A DNA stretch of 64,000 nucleotides from Azolla caroliniana. Taxonomy: Eukaryota > Plantae > Polypodiophyta. The stretch covers positions 20,088,001 through 20,152,000 of the forward strand of contig JBHGNT010000002.1 of the NCBI GenBank assembly GCA_043228905.1. Direction: 5' to 3'. Below are positions 1 through 9,827 of the stretch, piece by piece; position 1 is the stretch's first letter, and the number at the start of each line of letters is the position of its first letter. The notes below the pieces were generated by a model. The model was not told where the DNA came from, made no database searches, and saw only the letters and a program-made list of their open reading frames with translations. Both the position numbers and the translations under genes were made by a program.

Positions 1-131
1 CATGCGAGCTAAGTTGCATGGAAGCAATGGTTCGAATGGTAGATATCGGGATGGGCTCTGACATGTATCGATGTGTACGGCTTCCCCGTTCTGCGAAGAA
101 TATGGTTTTGTAGTTAGGTGCAACATTTGTA
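1..131 (-). mobile_element. 3' continuation of LINE ORF2, split from 9828-13790 by the Copia insertion; continues past the window edge
   Basis: Joining across the GTATA TSD gives a continuous minus frame ...FTHYTTNVAPNYKTIFFAERGSRTHRYMSEPIPISTIRTIASMQLSSH, ending in an (R)LSSH-type LINE ORF2 C-terminal motif. Confidence 0.75.
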
Positions 132-136
132 GTATA

Positions 137-724
137 TGACGCGAAATATTACTCGGCCACAACCGAGTCTCAGATCGTGTCGTTTAGAATTGAACACCGA
201 GAATGGGAATGGAGGTGTACACACAGACAATATGAGAGAGGGTACACAGTATGTTAACATGGAAAACCCTAAATGGGAAAAACCACGTGAGTCCACAAAC
301 TCCAACTATCACTATGTCGAGAGGAACACAACAAGTGAACACAGAGGCAACAACCTCTTGCTCACAATCTTTGCCTGGCGGCGGTTACAACAAAGAATCA
401 CTCTGTATCTCTCTCTCTCTCTGCTATGCTCTGTACAACAGTTACAATCAATAACTCTATACAACAAATAATAACAACAACAACGAATAATAAACAAGTG
501 TTTGCCCTAGGTCATATTTATACTAATATGACATTAGGACTATTTACAGGTATAGCCCTAATGGGCTCTCAGAAACATATTTACCTATATGTCCCTTTAT
601 CCGGTGAGAGGTTCTCACCGAGCCTGCGTCATCCAGTTCTCACCGGGTCTTCCTTGCCGGGTACTCATCATCTGGTTCTCACCGGGCCTTCGTCATCCCA
701 TCCGGAGGGACTGAGATCCTAACA
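137..724 (-). repeat. 3' LTR of Copia A (588 bp)
   Basis: Aligns with 9218-9822; preceded on the minus strand by PPT GAAGGGGGAGTT (725-736). Confidence 0.93.
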
Positions 725-734
725 AACTCCCCCT

Positions 735-2832
735 TCACTCCGGCATGGGATGCCTGGTTAGTCCTATTCGCTTCCGACATGCGTCCAACTTGTCGGGCGT
801 CAGCACCTTGGTCAACATATCTGACCCATTGTCCTCTGTGTGGATCTTCGTCAGCACGAACTTTCGATCTTCCACTCGCTCCCGGATCCAGTGGTACCTC
901 CGATGGATGTGCTTCGTCCTGGAATGATATGCCATGTTCTTTGCAAGGTGGATGGCACTTTGACTGTCGCAGTAGAGCCGATATTCCTCTTGCCGGATCC
1001 CTAGCTCTCCAATGAAGTCCTTCGTCCATAATATTTCCTTGTCGGCTTCCACGGCTGCCATGTACTCCGCCTCCGTGGTTGACAATGCAACCGTCTTTTG
1101 TAGCCTCGACTGCCACAAAACAGCTCCCCCTGCATATGTCATTACATATCCCGATGTTGACCGGCTGGTATCCGCATCAGCCAACATATCCGAATCGGTG
1201 AAACCGTCAAGTTGGGGTTTACTGGAGCTGAATCGAAGGCACATAGTTGAGGTGCCTTTCAAGTATCAGAGTATCCATTTTACTACATTCCAGTGCTCCT
1301 TACTGGGATTGCTCATAAACTGGCTCACCACTTTGACTGCGTATCTGATATCCGGTTGGGTCCACACCATTGCGTACATTAAACTCCCAACCGTAGAGGC
1401 ATATGGTATCTTCATCATATCCGCCTTCTCTTCTTTCGTCTTCGGGCTTTGCTTACCGGATAACTTGCGGTTTGCCGGGAATGTCGATCCGACCAATTTC
1501 GCATCTGACAAGTTGAACTGCTGAAGCACCTTTGTCACGTACTTCTCTTGTGACAACCACAATTGCTTCGTTGACCGGTTCCGGATGATATGCATCCCCA
1601 ATATCTGTCTTGCCAAACCCAAGTCTTTCATTGAGAAGGTCCGGTTCAGGGCCTTCTTCAGCATCCGTATCTTGACTCGGTCTTGTTCGACGATCAACAT
1701 ATCATCCACGTATAGGAGGAGTATCAGGAAGTCTCCTCCGTCAAATTTCTTCACAAACACGCAGTGATCGGCTTGCGTCTTGTGGTACCCTTGATCGGTC
1801 ATGAAGGAGTCGAACTTCCGGTACCATTGCTAGGGAGCATGCTTCAAACCGTATAGGTTCTTCTTCAACTAGAAAACCAAGTGCTCTTTCCCTTTCTTCA
1901 CAAATTCCTCCGGTTGCTACATGTAGATCTCCTTTTCGAGGTCGCCGTGGAGGAACGTCGTCTTCACGTCTAATTGCTCTACCTCGAGGTCCATGCTTGC
2001 CGCTATGCTCAATACCGTTCGGATGGAAGTCATCTTTACTACCGGGGCAAATATCTCGTCGAAGTCCACTCCCTTCTTCTGCCAGAACCCCTTCACCACG
2101 ATCCTGGCTTTGTACCTTGGGGGGTTGCCGGCATCTCCCGGTTTCAACTTGTACACCCACTTAATCCGGAGTGCCCGCTTTCTTTTCGGCAACTCCACCA
2201 ATTCATATGTGTGGTTCTCATGCAGGGAATCCATCTCGTCCTGCATGGCACTCAACCACTTGCGGCTATGGGTGTCATCCTTCGCTTCTTCGAAGCTTTC
2301 TGGCTCCCCCTCATCGGTCAGCAACACACGTTCTACATCCGGAAATCTCCGGGGGGCACTTCTTTCCTAGAGAGGATATCTCCATCCTCGGTTTTCGGTA
2401 ACCGGCTCTTATGTCTGTTCTTCATCCGAATCCGATTCGGGGCCTTGTCCGGTTCCGGTTTTTGCTTCCCCTCCTTCTTTTGCCAGTTTGGTATCCTCAC
2501 TGTAATCGGCTGGTTCTTCGAGTGTCAACCGGCTCCTAGCCAGGTAGGTCTGAATCTCTTCGAACCGATCCTTACTGGTCGACTCAGAGTTCATTATCTT
2601 CTTCTCCGACTCCCAGTAGGCAAGGGTCTTGTCCTCCATGAAGATAATATCTCGACTCCGGAAAACCTTCTTGTCGATCGGATCCCACACTCGGTAGCCG
2701 AACTCATCATCGCCGTATCCGAGGAATATGCAAGGCCGGGACTTTGGATCCAACTTTGCTCTCCAATCCTTTGCAACATGGACGTAAGCGAGACACCCGA
2801 ACACCTTCAGATGCCGGTAAGTCACTTCCTTA
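735..2832 (-). pseudogene. Copia A pol remnant (INT C-terminus, RT, RNase H) with stops
   Basis: Motifs CIFLGY, KARIVVKGF, LDVKTTFLHG, LLYVDDML, ALSTTEAEY, RTKHI; broken at 2832 by the LTR-B insertion. Confidence 0.92.
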
Positions 2833-3106
2833 TGACAGGAACTATACGCTCCCTTTGAACAATGCTCGGCCACAACCGAGCCTACAATAAAACACAGAAA
2901 ACAGGGAATGAATGCACGACACAAAAGTGAGAGAAGAGTGCACAAGATGTTTACGTGGAAACCCAAACTAGGGAAAAAAAACCACGGCAGCCCACAAGCT
3001 GCAAACTATCACTATGTTACAGTGTACAACAGTAAAGCACCGAGGCAACAACCTCGAGCTTTCTATCTTCGCCACAGGCGGCGGTTACAACAGAGGCAAC
3101 AACCTC

Positions 3107-3144
<38 letters not shown>

Positions 3145-3744
3145 CACAGTTACACGCTCTAATCTTGTGCAAACAAGAATAACGACACTACCATAAGTTT
3201 TCCCTAAGTCATATTTATACTAATATGACTTTCTGACTATTTACAAATATAGCCCCGATGGACTCTCAGAAAACATATTTACGAATATGTCTCTTCATCC
3301 GGTGAGCACTCCTCACCGGGTCTGCACCATCCGGCTCTGAGTAGCCGGGTACTCCTCATTCGGTTCTCACCGGGTTTGCACCATCTGGCTCTCCATAGCC
3401 AGGTACCCCTCATCTGGTTCTCACTGGGTCTGCACCATCCGGCTCTCCGTAGCCGGGTACTCCTCATCCGGTTCTCACCGGGTCTGCACCATCCGGCTCT
3501 CCGTAGCCGGGTACCCCTCATATGGTTCTCACCGGGTCTGCACCATCCGGCTCTCCGTAGCCGGGTACTCCTCATCCGGTTCTCACCGGGTCTGCACCAT
3601 CTGGCTCTCCGTAGCCGGGTACCCCTCATCCGGTTCTCACCGGGTCTACACCATCCGGCTCGCCGTAGCCGGGTACTCCTCACTGAGTTTGCTCATCAGC
3701 ACTGTTCTTCTCCCTTCCCATTCGGAGGGACCTGTCTCCCAACA
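2833..3744 (-). repeat. 3' LTR of Copia B (912 bp), inserted in the integrase of Copia A
   Basis: TG...CA ends (+ strand TGACAGG...CCCAACA); PPT adjacent at 3745-3756; shares the CTCGGCCACAACCGAG motif with LTR-A but is otherwise diverged. Confidence 0.85.
3312..3682. repeat. 54-bp minisatellite, about 7 units, in the U3 of LTR-B
   Basis: Unit CTCACCGGGTCTGCACCATCCGGCTCTCCGTAGCCGGGTA(CT/CC)CCTCATCCGGTT starting at 3312, 3366, 3420, 3474, 3528, 3582 and 3636. Confidence 0.95.
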
Positions 3745-5514
3745 AACTCCCCCTTCACTCCGGCATGGGGTGTCTTACTAGTCCGATCCGCTTCCGGCAT
3801 GCATCCAACTTGTCGGGTATCAATACTTTGGTCAGCATATCTGACCCGTTCTCGGCCGTGTGGATCTTCGTCAGCGCGAACTCCTGGTCATCTACTCTTT
3901 CCCGGATCCAGTGATACCTACGCTGGATATGCTTTGTCCGGGAATGGTAGGCCACATTCTTAGCAAGGTGGATGGCACTTTGACTGTCGCAATAGAGCCG
4001 GTATTCATCTTGCTGGATACCGAGCTCTCCGATGAAGTCCTTCATCCATAATATTTCCTTGCCGGCTTCCACAACCACCATGTACTCCGCCTCTGTGGTT
4101 GACAACGCAACCGTCTTCTGCAACCTCGACTGCCACGAAACAACTCCCCCTGCATATGTCATTACATACCCGGATGTAGACCGGCTGGTATTCACATTAG
4201 CCGACAAGTCCGAATCGGTAAAACCGTCAAGTTGAGGTTTTCCGGAGCCGAATCAGAGACACATGTTTGAAGTGCCCTTCAATTATCGGAGTATCCATTT
4301 GACCGCATTCTAGTGCTCCTTGCCGGGATTGCTCATGAACCGGCTCACCACTGCGACTGCGTATCCTATATCCGGTCGGGTACACACCATTGCGTACATT
4401 AAGCTCCCGACGGCAGAGGCATATGAAACCTTTGTCATATCAGCCTTCTCTGCCTTCGTCTTTGGGCTTTGCTTACCGGATAACCTGCAGTTTGCCGGAA
4501 GTGTCGATCCGACCGATTTCGCATCTGATATGTTGAACCGTTGAAGCACCTTAGTCACGTATTTCTCTTGTGACAGCCATAGTTGCTTCGTTGGCCGGTT
4601 CCGGATGATATGCATCCCCAACATCTGTCTTGCCGGACCCAAGTCTGTCATCGCGAAGGTTCGGTTGAGAGCCTTCTTCAGCATCCGTATTTTGGCTTGG
4701 TCCCGTCCGACGATCAACATGTCATCCACGTACAGAAGGAGTATTAGGAAGTTGTCTCCTTCGAACTTCTTCACAAATACGTAGTGATCGGCCTGCGTCT
4801 TGTGGTATCCTTGATTGGTCATGAAGGAGTAGAACTTCCGGTACCATTGCCGGGGAGCCTGCTTCAGTCCGTACAAGCTCTTCTTCAACCGGCATACCAG
4901 GTGCTCCTTCCCTTTCTCCACGAATCCTTCTGGTTGCTGCATGTAGATCTCCTCTTCGAGGTCACCGTGAAGGAATGCTGTCTTCACGTCTAGCTGCTCT
5001 ACCTCGAGGTCCATGCTTGCCGCCATACTCAGCACCGTTCGGATGGAGGTCATCTTTACTACTGGGGCAAATATCTCGTCGAAGTCCACACCCTTCTTCT
5101 GTTGGAACCCCTTCACCATGATCCTGGCTTTGTATCTCGGGGGGTTGCCGGCATCTCTCGGTTTCAACTTGTACACCCACTTATTTCGGAGTGCCCGCTT
5201 TCCTTTCGGCAACTCCACCAATTTGTACGTATGGTTCTCATGCAGGGAATCCATCTCATCCTGCATGGCACTTAACCATTTGCGGCTATGGGTGTCATCC
5301 TTCGCTTCTTCGAAGCTTTCTGGCTCCCCCTCATCGGTTAGCAGCACATGCTCTGCATCCGGAAATCTCCGGGGGGCCCTTCTCTCTCTGAGAGGATATC
5401 TCCGTCTCTGGGCTTCGGTAACCGGCTCCTCCATTTGCTCTTCATCCGAATCCGATTCGGGGCCTTGGCCAGTTCCGGTTTCAGCTTCCTCTACTTCTTC
5501 TGCCGGTTTGGTAT

Positions 5515-5959
5515 TGTCAGGAATAGTACTAAAGCAGAGATGGAATTAGTACTAAGAAGAGAAGTACTATTAGTACTAAGAAGACGGGACTGCGTGAGAT
5601 TCCCGAGAGAGGAAGTGAGAAGAGGAAGGAGAGAGATAGAGAGGATGAGAGAGAGAGAAAGATGATGACAGCAGCTAATATATTATGTGAAAAGATAAGT
5701 ACAAAGCGGCTAAGAGGCTTAAGACTGGCGTTGAACCAATTTGGTTCAACATAATATCTAGTGCCTTCTTTTATAGTGTTGTCAGGAGTAATCCTGAAAC
5801 TTCTAGAATGTTCCAGAGATATCTAGAATATACATTACTTTCTTATAATAAAACATAAATGAAAATAATATCCTATGAATTACAATAGATGATGTGATGG
5901 TTAAGAGCTTGACCCATATGCCATAAGGTCATGGGTTCGAGTCTTGCCATATCATGACA
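5515..5959 (-). mobile_element. Solo LTR (445 bp) with a tRNA-like segment at one end
   Basis: TGTCA...TGACA ends; 5-bp TSD GGTAT at 5510-5514 and 5960-5964; the flanks rejoin to match the paralogous Copia A sequence TTTGGTATCCTCAC. Confidence 0.9.
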
Positions 5960-7952
5960 GGTATCCTCACCGTAACCGACTGGTTCCTCGAGTGCTAACC
6001 GGTCTCTTGCCGGTTGGGTCTGCTCATCGTAGAATCGATCCTTACCGGTCGACTCGGAGTTCATTATCTTCTTCTCCGACTCCCAGTCGGTGAGCGTCTT
6101 GTCCTCCATGAAGATAATATCTCGACTCCGGAATACCTTCTTGTCGACCAGGTCCCACACTCGGTAGCCGAACTCATCGTCGCCATAATCGAGGAATATG
6201 CATGGCCGGGTCTTTGGATCTAACTTTCCTCTCTGGTCATTTGCTACATGCACGTACGCGAGACACCTGAATACCTTCAGATGCCGGTAGGAAACTTCCT
6301 TACCGGTCCAGACTCTCTGTGGCGTGTCTCTGTCCAAGGGTACTGAGGGTGATCTATTTATCACATATGTCGTCGTTGACAATGCCTCAGCCCAAAACTT
6401 CTTGGGTAGTTTTGCATGCGCCAGCATACTCCGGACCCTCTCCATTATGGTCCGGTTCATCCTCTCGGCCAACCCGTTTAGTTCCGGCGTCTTCGGCACG
6501 GTAAATTCGAGCCGAATTCCCTTTGAGCGACAGTACTCCTCGAATTGCCCCCGGTATTCTCCTCCGTTATCTGCTCGAACCGCTTTCAACTTCCGACCGG
6601 TTTCTCTTTCCACTGTCATGTGGAGCTCCTTGAAGACAGATAACACTTGATCCTTCGTCTTCAGCGGCAAGACCCACAACTTCCGGCTGTGGTCATCTAT
6701 GAATGTCACGAAGTACTGCGATCCAACATGTGACTTTGTGTCCACTTAACACACATCGGTATGCACCAGCTCCAGTGGTGCATTACGTCTCATCGATGGC
6801 CTTGATCGGAAAGAGGTCCGGTTTTGCTTACCGGCCAGGCAGTCGGTGAACCTCTCAAGATGCACGTCCTTCACCGGAATGAGGTTGTCATCGGCAAGCC
6901 TTTTCATCCCCTTCTCGTTCATGTGACACAATCTCTTGTGCCACAGCTCATCGGTAGTGTCAGATGCAACGTTCACTTCTTCCCAGCATAACCGGGCATT
7001 CATTAGGTACAATGTGTTGACTTTCCAGGCTCGAGTCACTATCAGGCTCCCCTTGCTGAACATTATGACTCCGTTCCGGATGCTACCCTTGTAGCCTTCA
7101 TCGTCTAGCCGACCGACTGATATTAGGTTCAGTCGAACCTCCGGAACATGTCGGACATCCTTCACCAGTAGCTTGCATCCGGTTGATGTCGTCAACAGCA
7201 CATCTCCTATGCCGATAATTCGGCATGTCCCTTCATTCCCCATCCGGACACAGCTGTGCTCACTGGCTGTGTAGGATGAGAAGCAGTTCCGGTCTGGGGT
7301 CAGGTGGAACGACGCTCCGGAATCGACAACCCACGTTGTCTCATCGCCTGCAAGGTTCAACTCACTCTCCTTGGTGATGAGCATCAACTCTTCTTCACTT
7401 GCCGCGATTGCCGTTGTTCCCTTCCGGTCCGGTCCCCTCCGGTCTTTACCATTCCGGTCCGGTGACCGCTTCGAATCGGTACTGTCGGTTTCCTTGTCTT
7501 TCCGGAAATGCTGACAGTTCTTCTGGAAGTGCCCCGGCTTACTGCAATAGAAGCAAGTGGGCCTCTCCCTTGACTTTGACCGTGTCCCCTACTTTTCCCA
7601 GTTCTAGGGACTATGGTTCCTTTGTCTTCCGCATTCCAATTCGGTAAGGAGCGCTTTGGAGTCGAAGATCGTATCCTTGTCTTTCCGACGCGCCTCCTCA
7701 TCTACCAAGCTCAACTTGACTCTTGCTAGGAATAACTATTTTCCTTCCGGCCCGACGTTGCCCAAAGTGACAACCAACGTCTCCTAGCTATCTGGGAGGG
7801 AACCGAGCAGGAGCAGTGCTAGTACCTCATCGACGAGAGGTACTTCCAACGATGTTGCCTAGTGAATCAGCCCTTGGAAGGCCTTCATGTGCTCCGCCAT
7901 GCTGGAGCCATCTTGGTACCAGAGTCTTACTAGCTTCCGGAATACCGAAACC

Positions 7953-8884
7953 TGTTACCGGCCGGCAAAGGAGTCCAGAGTGGGAAACGAAGAGCTAATT
8001 AAGTAGTAGGAATGTGGTTGTAATTACGCTATGAGTGTGGACGGACCGACCGGAAACGGTATGCCGTTCCGGATCCGGACTGATCCCGAACAGGTGCGGA
8101 TGGCACCGTTTTGTAATGCAGACCGGAAACCTATTTAAAGGCCCGGATACAATGTAATAGTTAGCGGTTAATTAATGAAAGCTTAAGCATTGTTATCTTT
8201 CTGTGTTAATTGCCGTTCTGTCTTAATTGCTATATCTTACACGCGTGTTATGAAAGATGATCATAATAAGTAACTTAACCAAGTAGGATTAAGCGTTGAA
8301 GTCTAATCCGGTTGCCGTAACACCCTTTGGTGAAGTGTCTCCCGTAGACACCTTGTGTTAGGCCATTGTCCGGCCCGAAGTCGTGGTCGCCAAAAGGTGT
8401 TATAGGTTTTTAGGGTTAGGGTTAATGGTAATAATGATTAGTGATTGGTGATGGAGATAGACATGGTGATGGAGAGTATGATTGTGAGAGAGATCATATA
8501 GAGAAGCATTGCGGGGTGGGGGATGGTGCCTAGAATGGCTCCACCCCCCTCCCAAGGGGTTCAACGTTAAAGGGGAGAGAGAGAGAGGGAGAGAGAGAGA
8601 GATTAAGAGAGAAAAATGATCATTCATGTTTCATTCATTCCCCATAAGGGGTTAAATAGTACAAGAGGGGGTAGATACATAGGGGTGTAAGCCCCCTCGA
8701 GCATTCATACTGGACACTCACTCACACCTCCTTGTATCCATCCACATGCACACACGTGTGCATGTGTTCACATACGTATAGACTCACAATTACATTTATG
8801 CCCCCTACACACACACAACATCATGATAACATTCGACCCTCGCTCATCACACTTGACTCTCCGTACATCTCGTACGGGGTAACA
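7953..8884 (+). mobile_element. Solo LTR inserted in Copia gag
   Basis: TGTTACC...GGTAACA ends; 5-bp TSD AAACC at 7948-7952 and 8885-8889; TATA-like CTATTTAAA near 8131. Confidence 0.88.
8398..8831 (-). mobile_element. Putative solo LTR nested in the 7953-8884 solo LTR
   Basis: TGTTAT...ATAACA ends, abrupt compositional change, GA tract and TATA-like motif on the minus strand; no TSD visible. Confidence 0.55.
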
Positions 8885-9202
8885 AAACCCGATTAACAAC
8901 ATTTTTGTTCTGAAACATAATGTCGATCTTCTCCCAGAGCTCATGAGCCTTGCTCTCCTCCCACACCGTGGCGTTGTATAGGTTCATGTCGATGAAGCAC
9001 CGTATGTACGCCGTTGTCTTTATGTGCATTACCTCCCACACCGTGGCGTCGATTTTATCTGGTCTCTTGTCCCCGAATTGACCGGAAACCAAAGATCTTT
9101 AACCACGAACATGTCCCTCATCTTTGACTTCCACAATGAGTAGTTGGAGCCAGTGAGCTTGAACATGCCGCCAAATGAATCTTCCATTTTCTGTGTTGTT
9201 TC

Positions 9203-9214
9203 GCTCTGATACTA
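9203..9214 (-). promoter_or_regulatory. Primer-binding site (initiator tRNA-Met type, one mismatch)
   Basis: TAGTATCAGAGC on the minus strand, 3 nt inside the 5' LTR; canonical form is TGGTATCAGAGC. Confidence 0.85.
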
Positions 9215-9217
9215 GAT

Positions 9218-9822
9218 TGACGCGAAATATGCAGAATATTACTCGGCCACAACCGAGTCTTAGATCGTGTCGTTTAGAATTGAACACCAAGAATAGGAAT
9301 GGAGGTGAATACACGTACACACAGACAATATTAGAGAGGGTACATAGTATGTTAACGTGGAAAACCCTAAATGGGAAAAACCAGGGGAGTCCACAAACTC
9401 CAACTATCACTATGTCGAGAGGAATACAACAGGTGAGGACAGAGGCAACAACCTCTTGCTCACAATCTTTGCTTGGCGGCGGTTACAACAAAGAATCACT
9501 ATGTCTCTCTCTCTCTCTCTACTATGCTCTGTACAACAGTTACAATCAATAACTCTATACAACAAATAATAACAACAACAACGAATAATATACAAGTGTT
9601 TGCCCTAGGTCATATTTATACTAATATGATATTAGGACTATTTACAGGTATAGCCCCAATGGGCTCTCAGAAACATATTTACCTATATGTCCCTTCATCC
9701 GGTGAAAGGTTCTCACCGGGCCTGCATCATCCGGTTTTCACCGGGTCTTCCTTGCCGGGTACTCATCATCTGGTTCTCACCGGGCCTTCGTCATCCCATC
9801 CGGAGGGACCGAGATCCTAACA
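9218..9822 (-). repeat. 5' LTR of Copia A (605 bp)
   Basis: Matches 137-724 apart from substitutions and small indels; adjacent PBS and TSD. Confidence 0.93.
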
Positions 9823-9827
9823 GTATA

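Larger units (their letters stand above)
3755..9187 (-). pseudogene. Copia gag-pol pseudogene (B/A internal region), interrupted by solo LTRs
   Basis: gag start MEDSFGGMFKL at 9187; protease WVVDSGASFH; GAG-pre-integrase LWHKRLCH; integrase FIDDHSR and NGLAERMNRT; RT LYVDDML; RNase H; several stops and frameshifts. Confidence 0.92.
137..9822 (-). mobile_element. Composite Ty1/Copia LTR retrotransposon (element A containing a recombined element B), three LTRs
   Basis: Similar terminal LTRs at 137-724 and 9218-9822 with TG...CA ends; 5-bp TSD GTATA at 132-136 and 9823-9827; PBS, PPT and Copia domain order gag-PR-INT-RT-RH. Confidence 0.93.

Noticed and set aside
1974-2858. 294-aa plus-strand ORF (and the 310-aa ORF at 15038-15970)
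   Set aside because: Antisense to Copia pol and not preserved in the paralogous copies
3279-3963. Repetitive ORFs (18-aa units such as MRSTRLRRAGWCRPGENR) on both strands
   Set aside because: A by-product of the 54-bp LTR minisatellite, whose period is a multiple of 3; no evidence for a protein
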